This document shows, piece by piece, positions 15,007 through 41,254 of a DNA stretch of 64,000 bases. The notes below the pieces were generated by a model, which had not been told where the DNA came from, ran no database searches, and worked only from the letters and a program-made list of their open reading frames with translations. The DNA is from Chrysomallon squamiferum (Eukaryota > Animalia > Mollusca): the NCBI GenBank assembly GCA_012295275.1, contig CM022679.1:23560001-23624000 (forward strand), given 5' to 3'. Every line of letters starts with the position of its first letter. The first letter of the stretch is position 1. A program made the position numbers and the translations under genes.

Positions 15007-15448
15007 GTCCATTTCATCTTCAGAACACTTTCTGAATTTTCGTTATTATTATAATACATTGATACAAATGTTGTGAGAGTTTTTTTGCTTTAGAAAAAAA
15101 AAAAAAAAATTATATCCTGGATTGAAACATAATTATTATTTGCTTTAAATGTAAAAAACGTTACACACACATCTAGGCCTTCATGCACAAATGTACATGT
15201 AAATGCAAACACACACACACACACACACACACATGTACACATTTCCTGTTATAATTTCCTTATTGTTTATCATTTGTTAACAGACTCAATGTAAGTACAT
15301 TATCAGTAAAAATATTATCAAATAAACATCTTTTTTCTCCATTTTTTTTTTTCTCATGTAAAATTATGCTTCCCATGTAATACCATTATGCCTCAGTTGG
15401 TTATGACAGTGGTAGGATGGTACAGACATGAATTGCTATGGATTGTGC

Positions 15449-22314
<6,866 letters not shown>

Positions 22315-22783
22315 ATTTACCTTCTGGCTGTTAGCGTCGTGTTATATACTCCTGTTCGTTACGTCGTTCCTACAGGCAGAAACAGACACACGGGCGAGTC
22401 CACTTCCACAGTCGCTGTTTCGTTTATCTGACCTACTCCCACTGGTCGATTTGTTTAGCGGAACTAACAGTGTTCCTTTTTTTAAATCGAAATTACATTC
22501 TGTGAGCGTTGATGTCTCCTTTTATCTCTGTCCGTTCACTTTAGATCAGTGATATTTTAAAATGTAAAATATGAAATTTAGTTAAGTTGTTTGGGGAGGA
22601 AAAAGAGAAAGCTAAGGCAATCTTTTTTTTTGTGTGTGTTTTTGTCACAAGTTTCGACTTGTGGTGTAGGGGAGCTAACTCTCGAATTACACAACGTTGA
22701 GAAATGTAATGCTTTTGTGACGTTCAATATTACGCAATAAATCCGATCTTGATTATCTTGGTAAATAATAATAATAATAATAA

Positions 22784-22814
<31 letters not shown>

Positions 22815-23476
22815 AAGAAGAAGAAGAAGATGAAGAATATTAAAATTAATATTTCTAATATGGATGATTTTCTTCATTAATTTTTTTCATACGTATAATA
22901 AAAATTTCTAATTTAATTACAAACGTGGACACACACACATATTTAAAATACAGGTAATTTGTCTTTAATAATTATTACTATTATTTGTTTACAATAATCT
23001 ACATTTGTATTTATTTTGTAATATTAATTAACTATTTATTGTAATTTTAAACAGTATTAACATTGTCTATTAAATGTTATATTCTATGATTAAAAATTTG
23101 TAGTACATTGTATATTAAATATTAATTTTTATTTTATTGTTGCAAAATCTATTTTTTAAAATAAATTGTGTTATGATGTCGAATTTTAGAAATGAAGTTG
23201 AAAACAACTGCATTGGTTTTAATACAATGTTTAATACTATTTTAAACTGCTTATTTGATACTAGTTTAATAAAATTATAAGATATTAACTGCATTATCAG
23301 TTATACAATAGCAAGTGTTCTGCAAGTATTTTTCTTCATACCAAATTAATCATAATATTAAAAATTCTACAGAGATCATTTATTGTCTCGTTCATTATCA
23401 TTATCATCATCACCATCATCATCAGCGGCAGCATCTTTGGTAATTATTCTTCTTCTTTATTTTTATTTTAATTTTT

Positions 23477-23547
<71 letters not shown>

Positions 23548-24141
23548 AGCAAAACCAAACCAAAATTACAACAATAAATACATAAATAAATAAATATTCT
23601 ACATACAAACAAACAAAACATAACATAAAATTCATATTAAACCGCATCGGACTAATTATGGATCTTATCTTCAAAACGTACGTCTGAACATCATTTGAAA
23701 TAAAAAAATAAATGTGGGCCACCAATACCGTGACCACCTGCCAACATTCGCAGTTAATTTCCCGCCATAACGTGATGCCGCGTCACACATTTTTATCACT
23801 GTTTGATTATATTGATTAAAATAAACAAGAAGAAAAGAAAACCGTGTAGAATAAGACAAGTATGCCACTAGCACAGCTAATACCTAATTAGCTATATAAC
23901 TGAGTAATATACAAGAATTTTAAAATAACTATACTCGAGTTCGTCGATAACGTATTACTTATAACTAGGTTTTTCGGCTGGAGCAGACGTGAACATTAGT
24001 TGGAAGACAAAAGGCAGTGATGGCAGTCAGTCATTTTATTGTCACGAAGAAAAGAAGAACAATAACAAAGGGATAAGAAAGAAAAATACAACAGCGAAAA
24101 TAAACTAAAAGATAATTTTGTTTGTGTCACCGTCTCGTAGA

Positions 24142-29810
<5,669 letters not shown>

Positions 29811-31366
29811 AGAGATGACGTCTCGCTGTCCTAGTCCACTCCACTGCAAAGTACTCGTCCTATCCTAGCGACTAGACAGATGACGTCTCGCTGTCCTAGT
29901 CCATTCCACTGCTCAGTGAATTGTCACGTACACCGATCATTTCTCTGTTCATTAATAACACATTTAAAACATTTCCAAAATTTACATAATCTTTATACTT
30001 GTATTATGTTAAAAGACAAATGAAAACTTGGATTTTTGCACACCAAATATAAAACTTTGTTAACGCTCGCCATCTCTGCTGAGCGATCATACCAACTGTG
30101 TGTCTCTGTGCTTTGATAATAAACTGGAATTTGCTCCTAATTACACAGTCTCTACCACAGTAAAACGAGGCTTGGGATTTGTATGGTAAGCTTAGAGCCT
30201 CGATGACGCTCGCGATCGCTTTTGGAATAGCTTTGTTTTTGGCTTTCTTCTTTTGTGTCTTTGGTAACAGTAAAATTTCTCTGAAATATTTCATGTCTGC
30301 ACTGTATTTGTCCAATGCAGGTGAACTAACGATTGGAGGCTTGATGTTTGTACAGCAGATGTTGAGTCTCAGATCCATATTTAATGGGTTTTTTCAACTG
30401 AGCACTGATCGCTTCATCCTTCTCTATGCTTTGATAATAAATTTCATTAAAAAAAGAAAAAAAGGACAATCGTTCATGTCTGCCTATTGTTCTTCTATTT
30501 CAGGTAAACTATAACGCAAGTGGTTTTTTTTTAGTTATCAGTTAAATACTTGATACTGATTGTTTCAGCTGTCGCTAAAATTTTACAATACGGTTGAGGA
30601 TCTCTTACCCGAAATTTGTTTTGAACAGCAGAAATAGAAATATCTAACATTTTCGGATTGTTTTGCATACACAAACTTTATTCTGAGCAAAAAATTATTT
30701 AAATAATAATGATGATGATAATAATAACAAATGATGCAGGCTATTTTTATATGAAAATTTAAATGGAAGTAGACCCTGTTCTCATGTTATCTTCTCATAT
30801 TCCAAAAGCGGAAACACGTTCTGCACCATTCATTTCGAATAAAGGATTTTCGACCTGTATTCTGTGCACGTTCTGTAATCTTTCAGAACAGACTTGTGAA
30901 TGTTGGATTTACCAAGTTAACGTTCATTAACCCTCACCTATTTGCGAAACATTTAGTTACTGCTTTCGGTTGTTCGCGTTGATGAATTCTAAATAAATAA
31001 TATGAAGAGTAATCGAAAGGAGAGCCCTTAAAATTACATTAATTATAATAAAAAAATGAACCTACAGTCCAAATATTTTGTCAAAAAAAGTAGAAAAAAA
31101 CCCAAACAACTGGAAAGTTTATGTGTTAAGAAAGTTATTGTATATGTGCGTGCATGCGTGTGTGTGTGTGTTACAAAGATGTAATTAGGACATAGAAATA
31201 TAGAAAAATCTTTAAAAGACTGAGGAGTTGCAACCTTGGAAATTATTATTATTATTTCTATCGATAGTTTTAAGTTTATATTCAATAATACTGAACAAAA
31301 GTTAATGTGCGAATGAACTAGCATATAAATTTCTAAATATATCTAATAATGAAAACTAAAAATATT

Positions 31367-31449
31367 TAGTACGGGTGGGGTTCGAACCCACGCGGACATA
31401 CATCCATTGGAACTTAAGTCCAACGCCTTAACCACTCGGCCACCGTGCT
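31367..31449 (-). tRNA. tRNA-Leu(UAA), acceptor-stem variant (C3.A70 mismatch)
   Basis: Same 83 nt except + strand 31370 is T rather than C, so the 3' end reads CCGTACT-A. Confidence 0.85.
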
Positions 31450-31617
31450 GTTATTGTGTTTCATTAATTAGCACAGTTGATTTTTAAACAAACTATAAAT
31501 AAATTATTAAGATTATAAAATAATAAATCATCTCTTAACTATAATTGCTTCATGCACAGTCTATGGTTGGAAATTTAAAACATTCATATTTACCACAAAA
31601 TTTGTATGAAAATTTAG

Positions 31618-31648
31618 CATTCTTCTCCTCCACATAACCAAATGCTCA
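31618..31648 (+). repeat. Dispersed repeat fragment (partner at 42643-42673)
   Basis: CATTCTTCTCCTCCA[C/T]ATAACCAAATGCTCA, 30/31 identical at two sites 11 kb apart. Confidence 0.7.
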
Positions 31649-32897
31649 TCTATATCGCTGAGGTGCTCTGAATAATAAATTATAATAAATACTATGATGA
31701 CGAAAGCTGTAATGTAATAACGTATAATGGTGATATGGATAAGCTCTTGTCATGGCTGATCCTGGTTTCTCAAAACAGGAATTATCTCTAAGACGCATAT
31801 AAATAGAAACATAACGAGCTACATAAATTAAATTTGTATGCTTCAGAATATTTTATTTGTACTTTTCTCGCATCAGATGCTGATCGATAATAAACTGGAT
31901 ACAAGATCATTGTTATTACCCCATTTACCAATATACATTATAATAAAAGATTCGCTATTTATATATATTTTTTATTATTCATTTATCTATATTTTCTGTG
32001 TATTTTAATCATCCACTTAGTCATTGGGTTAGAGAGTTGGTAAATTTCTTTGTCTTACTTTCGTTTTTTTACTTATATTGTACAAATCTGTTATATTTTC
32101 AATGCTTTTGTTTGTTTTGTTTTTTTGGTTTCTTCCGTGTCACGTTTCAAACAACAGCTCTTCCTCTATTTCTACACGGATCACTATAAAAATTTAAATA
32201 TACATTGCATTTAATATCCGAACCTTACACATCAAACCTTTTGTTATCTAAGATTATTTAATAAATTGAAGAAGCTATGAAATGATCAATACTTTTAAAT
32301 GTTTTTAAATGTATTATACAGATAAGCCTCCAGAGACACATACCTGCATATACAGGTGTATAAAATAGGTCTAGCCTCTCCAGCCAGCATCTTAAAGACC
32401 TCATTTAAATCGTGTTAAATTATTTAGGGATTGTCCACACTTGCAATAAGCGGCTAGGGTTTCGTCCTTCATTCGTATATAATAAATATATAAAATAAAC
32501 ACATTTTAAAATTTAAAACAGGAAAAGAAATAATGAAAGAAATTTTTAAAAATTAATGTTTATTGACTTCAACGGTTTAATCCAGACGACAGATTACGCT
32601 AATAAATTCAGTCGTGTTTACAGATCACGGCGATACCGTATATTACGTAATAAACGTTGCAGCTCTCGAGTGTCACTGCGTTACTTCGCACCAGGAAAAC
32701 TGTGACACTTCGTGTACAGCAGAAAGTTTCAATAAGTAATTTACTAACAGTTTTTCCTGACGTGTAAAGCCTTCCTGGTATTTTGTTATATTCACTTACA
32801 TTGACAGCTGTGATTCATTAAACTGCTGATATTGATGACACGTAGACAAATGATCAGTGAAATTTGTAGAGAGGGATAATTAAATAATAAACGAATG

Positions 32898-32993
<96 letters not shown>

Positions 32994-33475
32994 CAATCAG
33001 TATTGATATCAATATATTTTGTGTACTTCTGTTTCTATACCAATCTTTTTTAATCAGTTTGCCGGTTCCTCTCCGACTATCTGTCTGTCTGTCTGTCTCC
33101 ATCTACAGAGCTTCTTTTTTTCTCTTGGATTTTCTCTGCGTAAGTGTTTCCCAAACAAGATATCATTACACGATGGTAATTTACATAATGATGTCAACAA
33201 AGAATGATATCAATGTATATAATGTACTGCAGTGTGTATAGTATTTCATCTGTTTGTTTTGTAATAATACTTTGTATTATTAAATTATTTACATATTTTG
33301 CACGCTACTCAACCAGTTTAAATAAAATGAACGCAATTATTTTATTTCTTGTTTGAGATATAAACAAACGCTTGAAAATAAAACAATAGTTTATAATTTT
33401 ACTCTTGTATTTCTGGAACAACAACAACAACTATAATTTACTTGTGATAAAGGTGACGATAATAATAATAATAAT

Positions 33476-33515
<40 letters not shown>

Positions 33516-34014
33516 GCAATAATAACAATAAGAATAACAGTAATAATAACAATAATAACTTCAACACAACAACTACTACTACTTCTACTAATAATAATAA
33601 ATGATGATTATTACAAAAAAAAAAAAAAAAAAAAATTCTGAGTTTATACATATTGTTTTTATGTGAATTTTAAATTTTAGATCAACACGTTATTGTTATT
33701 ATTACCATTGTTACTACTATTATTACTGCTGCTGCTGCCGCAACTACAACTACTACTACTACTAGTACTATTATTTCAACTTTCACAAGCTGTTGCAGTT
33801 TAGATCTCTCACTGAATTATGATTTGAACACCTGCCACTCTGTGGTTCAAATTTCACAGACAAACAGTCGAACGGACAATCCTTTGATGTCTGCCCTCGC
33901 CGACACTGTAAATTCTTTTCCTGGTGTCTGTCGGAATGCTGCCCATGCCTGTCTTCGTAAAATAAAACAATTGTTTCCCATTGACTGGTCGTGGTTAATC
34001 GGTCATGTCTGAAA

Positions 34015-34026
34015 GCCGCCATCTTT
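34015..34026 (-). promoter_or_regulatory. YY1-consensus motif upstream of the ARL4-like gene
   Basis: AAAGATGGCGGC on the minus strand. Motif match only. Confidence 0.35.
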
Positions 34027-34509
34027 GTTTCTGGCAAACAGAATATTTGCTGACGTGTTTTCGTCACCATTCCTTTTGAGAAAAAAATAAATTTGAAAAA
34101 AAGTCAGGGTAACATGGAGACTCCACAGAAAACTGGGCTCAAGAATGTTGTAGGTGGAAATCATTGCAAAAAAAAAAAAAAAAAAAAAAAAAAATAATAA
34201 TAATAATAATAAATAAAAAATAAATAAATAAATAATATAAAAAATACGTGTAGGCTGCTGTAGAATAAATATAACCGTGTGTAAGTTCTGGCGTAATTTT
34301 ATAATTACACATACATGCATTAAAATAGATATTCTACCTTAACACATATACACTTTAAATATACATATAGATACATAGAGATATAAATGCATTTCTATAT
34401 ATGTACTTAAAGCCATTCATATATACATCCAAACACTTATGCAAACATACGTACATACGTCAAAAAGCAATAAAATATATCTGTACTGTATACAATAAAA
34501 TATTATTTT

Positions 34510-34545
<36 letters not shown>

Positions 34546-34750
34546 GAATTGGTAATAAATAGTAATGATGTCGAGAACTATATTCTAAAATGAAAAAGTA
34601 ACTATATTTAAAAAATGAAATAAAACCTATAAGCAGCATAACTGAATAAATTTTCAGAGAAGCAATGCGAAAAACTCTACACAAGTTGAGTCCACGCTGA
34701 ACATTAAACATTAAATCCATCAGTTGCGTCCCCTTTGTGTTTGCTTTCTG

Positions 34751-34765
34751 GCCGCAAGATGGCAG
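34751..34765 (+). promoter_or_regulatory. CTCF- or YY1-like motif near the probable ARL4-like transcription start
   Basis: GCCGCAAGATGGCAG at the start of a CpG-rich block leading into the gene. Motif match only. Confidence 0.35.
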
Positions 34766-35680
34766 TGGTACATTCCGTATTCAGACAGCGATAGGATGTT
34801 GATTTTATTTCTGCTGGTAGATGTGAAATCGCGTGTCACAGCGAGAACATTTTATACACCTACGGATTTTGCACGATAGCCTCATTTCGGATTTATTCTC
34901 TAAATGAACTACAGCACTGTGGAATCAACTGGGACACGATTCCAAGTAACGCTTGGTCTGTTTTTAACGACACGCTATAGACACCTGCGAGAGATTTCAC
35001 ACGGTATTTACGGGCCAGTGAACTCCATGCAGCTTCGTTTGTTTGTGGGACTTTTATAGAGAAGAAGTTGGGGTCAGGAGATAGCGGTGATGACCACACA
35101 TTCGAATTAATCGCCTACGTTATTTTTCTTTCGTTTTGCCTCACTAGTTGTGTTGCTTATTATTCGGGGTAGGTAAAGCAGGATTGGTCGGTTGACGTAT
35201 TTTTTTACCTGGTGTGTTTCATCGTTTTTCTGTTCTTTACCTTGTTAACGTGGAACTGACGTGTTTACATTTCGCTGTATTCGAAAATTCACTCCGTCGT
35301 TTTCAACGACTGTTTTATTGGAGGAGCGAATTTAAAGTTAACAAGCGAGAGAAACGAGAGGAAATAAAAGTGAAAATAACGTACATTATTCTTGAGTGAA
35401 AAGTGGAGATAGAGTAAGTAATCGATTTCGCTGTGGATTCTTTTCTTTTTCTTTGTATTTATTTGTGTACTGTTAAGAAACGACTCCAGTGTAGTCAGTT
35501 ATTTATTACATGTACTATAAAATGTGCTAATATAGGATTACGTCGCTGTATTATTATCGTACTTAAAACCATTGCATCATTTGAACGAAAAAATACTTTA
35601 AAAACAACAACAATAAAAAAAACAAATAACTGCCATGGCGGAGGCGAGGAGGTGTACATTCTCCCCTGTGTAGGGCAGAA

Positions 35681-36236
35681 ATGGGAGCGGGTGCTTCCAT
35701 ACAGATAGTGATGGTGGGACTGGACAAAACAGGGAAACGACGATCTTGTATCGTCTGAAATTCAACCAGTACTTGGAAGCCGAACCTACGGTCGGTTTCA
35801 ACTGCGAAAAAATCGAAGGGACCGAGGGGAACGCGAGGGGTGTGACGTTCACGATATGGGATTTAGGGGGTCGGGACAATATGAGGCCCCTGTGGAAGCC
35901 CTACCTCCGGTCCGCGCAGGGGATTTTGTTTGTGGTGGACAGCAGTGACAGGGAAAGAATGGACGAGGCGAAATGTGAACTGAATAAATTCGTAAAGTCT
36001 CAAAATTCGCAAGGTTTACCTTGTTTAGTGATTGCTAATAAACAGGACTTGCCCGAGGCCATGGACGTGTCAGAAATAGAAAAAATGTTGGGCATTAGTG
36101 ATTTATCGCGGTCAGGACCCGTGCAGTTAGCCCCTGCGTGTGCGGTAACGGGGAAGGGCTTTCTGAAGCAATGGACACTATGTTTGAAATGGTGAAAAAA
36201 TGGAAGAAGGGAAAGTCAGGCAGAATAGCAAGGTGA
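35681..36236 (+). CDS. ARL4: ARL4-like Arf-family small GTPase, single coding exon, about 185 aa after correcting two -1 frameshifts (assembly errors or pseudogene)
   Basis: MGAGASIQIVMVGLDKTGK/TTILYRLKFNQY...PTVGFNCEKI...FTIWDLGGRDNMRPLWKPYLR...FVVDSSDRERMDEAK...LVIANKQDLP...PACAVTG/EGLSEAMDTMFEMVKKWKKGKSGRIAR*. Myristoylation motif, P-loop, NKQD and basic C-tail are typical of ARL4. One A is missing in run 35735-35737 and one G in run 36150-36153. Confidence 0.85.
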
Positions 36237-37717
36237 TTAAAACAAAAATAAAAAAAAATAAAGGGAAAAAAAAAAGAAATGTGTTCAGGTTAAAACTTCA
36301 TATCAATATTGACCACAAGTTTACCATATCAGTTGAAACAGACGTTAAAAGGACATAAAGGAACGGCCACGATGTTTCTCTGTTATATTTACATTTAGCA
36401 AGATGAGCAGCATTGATTCATAGAGAGAAAAAAAAAACGATGTCATACAGGCTCAGTAAGTCAGTTCGTGCATAGATTGTGATGAAACACTTTGTCAACA
36501 GATAACTGTTTTAAAACTCTGCGAAAAAAATATTTATAAGAAATAATATATTTATCAGAATGTGATACATATATAAATATATATATATATATATAATTTT
36601 TTTTCTCTCTCTCTGAAAAACAAAGAGGAAGCAATGATAAATATGCATTATACAACGAAGATGGATTAACCTGGATTAGTACCGAAGGATGACACGGATT
36701 GATCTGGATTAATTACAACGAAACGAGTGGACGAAAACTCCCAGTGGATTAATGTTCGAGCGGCTTGCTTCTGATCACTTAATGCTCTCTGATGTGAATC
36801 GGACGTGCACAGTTGCAATATAAAACGTTGTCAGGAATATATATACATTACTTATTGATGTGAGCTAATAAGTAGATTACACGCACCAGTAATCTACTAA
36901 AGTAGATCAGCTCTCGTCCGGTTGTTAATGATCGGCAGTGTGTCGTGTGAATGTGTGCATTCAGCGAACCGTTCAGCTGAGACGAGTCGAAGCTTTAATT
37001 CAGAGCCGCTGTTCAATGTCTTTCACGTAACGACGCGTTCTGAAAATTATTATTTTCTACCATTCCACATAGCTCTTGTTATGAAATGGCATGGTGGCAG
37101 AATACGTTGACTCCAGTAGCATAATCGTAACCAATGACAGTATACTGTATATGTATGTATGTATGTATGTATGTGTGTACATACGTTATATAAATATTCA
37201 CGTTGACGTAATATCTACTTAACTATTTTGTGACATACATACATATATATATACATACATACATACGTAATGATACATATATGATAAACATACGTACGTG
37301 TTAACTGTGGTTATAAAGTGCGCATGTGTGAATATATATATATATATATATATCTGTATCTCTTCGTATTTACTTACGTGTGTTTGTTAGTCTACACAGG
37401 TATATATTACGTATAAACAAGACGCGTCTGGCAAAACGTGATCTAACTCGAAAAGCTTTGCTTAACTTCAAATAAACATCAACGTTATCTGAACCCGCGC
37501 GCGCCTCTCAGTGTTTTATATATATAGATGTTTATCCTCCGTTAAAGAGTTTTCAGTTTCTAAACAGCGCGCCGAGCTAATAGCTGAACTGGCTTATTTT
37601 GGAAACAACAAAATCCAAACACTGGAGTTATTGTATTTTGTCATTTCAAGGCAGCACAAGACTCATGATATTATTTACATTGTACTAATCATTGCTGTGT
37701 ATGTTAATCGATTTAAG

Positions 37718-37756
<39 letters not shown>

Positions 37757-37856
37757 TATAATCTGACGTGTAATGTAGGGTAGGTAAGTATTTATAAAAT
37801 ATATAGGATTTCAGATATCAATAACATATCGACATTAAGATAATATTGCACAATGG

Positions 37857-37888
<32 letters not shown>

Positions 37889-38461
37889 TATATCTGACTA
37901 AAGATAAGACTTTAAGTAAGTAAAATGTACCGATAACATGATTTTGTGGTTCTTAAATTCAAGTACAGTTTAACGAATTGCATATCATGGGGTTGGGACA
38001 TATAAGTAAATATTTAAGTGTAGAGGTTTAAGTAATTAAAATAACGACCTTTGTCAGGTTGGTTATTGATCTGAGTTACTGTCATAGAGTAAATAAGTAA
38101 TTTAATCTACTGCAATAAACGGACGATTAGAATGAAAAATACTGGATTATAATTCAAATCACACTTTAAAACATATAAAAAAAAATGAAACATTGTTTTT
38201 CGTTTACACATTATCAGTGTATTTATAAATTGTATTGCTCTGTAAACATATCATATATTAACGATATCGTATGATTACATACACTTTTTTTTTAACTATT
38301 TGTTATCAGTTACAATATAATGAAAATCCAGTTAAATCAGAATCAATTTAGTATTATTATTTTGATTATTATTATTATTCAGAAATATAACAATTTGATC
38401 ATAACGAAAGGAAAAGAGATTTAATTATTAATTATTTTATTTTATTTAATCATGTAGTAAA

Positions 38462-38518
<57 letters not shown>

Positions 38519-40470
38519 CGTAGTTAGATGATTCTGAAATAATTTAAAAGGTAATTTCACTAACGAAACGTTCATACGTTGATTTTAATTCCACAATTCG
38601 TGATGTGCGCGCGCACAGTCCATATTGGGTCATTTGTAATAATTACTATAAGAAATCCTTAGGTTTAATTAAAAAATGCTAAACCATTCTTTTGATGAAA
38701 AACACAATTACTATGATTTAAATATAGTAATTAATACACCATGCACTGATTCATAAAAATTGAAATTTTTAAATGTTACAGATTTACACTTTATTATTTT
38801 CTCTATTTTTTTAAATTTTTTTTACTAGACCTAAGTAAACATTTTTTTTTTTTTACAACTATTAATAGCAACCACACGTGTATCTGATAGTCATCTACGT
38901 CATAGTTATTGTCACAAGCGGCATCAGACAGAAATGTTTTGACAAACCGTCACCTAACGGTATCTAAATTCCTTTGTCATTTACACATTATATTATTGCG
39001 TGGTTGCCATGCGACCTGGATGTTTGACTAATGTATGTATTCAACGCAGTGATAATGACATTCCAATTATTGCTGTTGATTGGTGTTACCTTCCGACTTG
39101 TGTTTCATGTTTATTGTTCGGAATACTCAATGAATAAATGTTATAACTTATTAAATGTTTAGTTGTTTTATTTATTAATACATTTGATTAGCCGTTTCAG
39201 TAAAACAACTAGAACGAAAGAGAACACAGGAACAGTGAATGAAATCAATGAAAAGTGTATTTAAAATGAAGCTTGTATCGTCACACAGGTGGTCATTATT
39301 TCGACATTTTTACACCTGTTGGTTTCATTTAAGATAATAATATTATTTACTTAAAACTTCGAGTTGTCTTCGAAATGGTCTCATTTCTCGGCTGTGTACA
39401 AATTAGTATAATAGCGAAGAGACTGACTGAATATTTGAGTTAACTTCATTTAGCATGGTGGCCATGTTGTATCCTTTTTTCTTTTCTTTTTTTTTATTTC
39501 TTTTTTGTTATGTCACAATCTGTTAATAGTCCCACATTAGTGTCGTTATCATTATCGTTACCGTTATCACCATCTCGTCATCAACATCATCATCACTATT
39601 AATAACGTTTATACAAAAGAGTATAATCACTCAGTGTTTGCTGAATTGTCACAGTTTATTCAGTAAAATAATTATAATAATTCATCTTGCGGCTATAACT
39701 TTGGTTGTTCGGTTCCTCACTTTCTCATAGATCATTTTGTTGAAAAGATAGATGCTACACACTAGACAACTTGAAAGGTTTTACTGACTAAGGCATAATA
39801 TGAGCTATTACTTGTACAGCTATTTCTAATCGCAGTTTATCATACACTTACTAATTTACACTAATGGCGCCAGAGCGTATCAGACGTGGACCTCTATAGT
39901 ATTAAAAAATATTTTTCTTCTTTTTAACCTGCATTATCATTATTAATATATATTTTTTGTTTTTTTGTTTTTGTGTTTTTAAATTTTTGTTCTGCTTGAG
40001 CAGACGACCAAACTTTTCTAAGCGTTGGAAGAAGACTCTTTTTATTAGACATTTGTTGTAAAAACGTACAGCGTCAGGACATTAGAGAGAGATGGTTTTT
40101 ACAAATCTTACCGTGTGGTGTCGCCTTTAATACGAATCCATTAAGGACTCCGAAGTCAGGCTGGCTGTCTCAACGATTTCTGTAGTCAGCTGTGATACGC
40201 GGTCGTGAAAACTCGGCCCAGTTTCCGATAAAAATCGATATCTTGCACGATACAGCTCGATTGAGTTGTGATGTAAGCCGGAAGGTTCTGGGCCCCCCCG
40301 GTCATTTAATTATATTTTCTCAGTATTCATTTTCACTGGCGCTTTGCTTCAATAAATAAATAAATAAATAAATACATGTCTTTCCAGTCATTAATTTTTT
40401 ATGTGTTATATATTATTACTGTGGTCATAGAAAAGAGATCGGAAAACCACTGAGCTTTTTGTTACTCCCA

Positions 40471-40501
<31 letters not shown>

Positions 40502-40783
40502 CAGGACGTATGTGTGTCGATATCTGGGATTGAATGTCGTCAAGAATGCGGATCTTTTTATATATTTATATTTATATATGTAAGTAATCACTGAAAATAG
40601 ATATCAAGGAGTAACGTATATCCTTTTTACAATGAATTTATAGTCACTGTATTGTTTATACGTGTCCACTATTTTACTTCTATTGCTACTACTACTACTA
40701 CTTCCCACTGTTACTTCTGATACTATTAGATGTAGTAGGAGAGTAACAACAACAACAACAACAACAACAACAGCAGCAGCAGC

Positions 40784-40825
<42 letters not shown>

Positions 40826-41204
40826 AATAATAATAATAATAATAATCTGTATCAGCTGCTCAAAGAGATCATATTGAAGAACCCGAGGCTACCACTTTCT
40901 GTTTTATTTATTTTAGTGTCTTGTTTGACGTTTTGTCATCTGATACTATCCACACCATGATGTAGTCTCTCACAGACAAACCTACAGGGTAATTCAGGTT
41001 CTCACTTTCGAAGGGCGGGAAATACGAAAACATTTGAATTTTACTGTGTGTGTTTATATAAAAATCCGAAATGTGTTTGGTTATTTTCGTATAGAAATAT
41101 TATTCTAAGTGGGTTTTTTTTTTTTTTTTTTTTTATTTTTGTTTATATCTCCTTTTAGCTTCATTAGCGGATTTATAAGGTTAGTAATATTTAAAACAAT
41201 AAAA

Positions 41205-41254
<50 letters not shown>

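Noticed and set aside
30004-30514. Overlapping 124-aa and 111-aa ORFs on opposite strands
   Set aside because: No recognisable domain or splice-consistent partners; the region has diverged internal duplications (e.g. TGCTTTGATAATAAA twice) suggesting a repeat relic.
35735-36153. Programmed -1 ribosomal frameshifting in the ARL4-like gene
   Set aside because: GGGAAAC at the first site resembles a slippery heptamer, but needing two independent shifts in one short CDS is far less parsimonious than homopolymer errors, and I saw no stimulatory structure.
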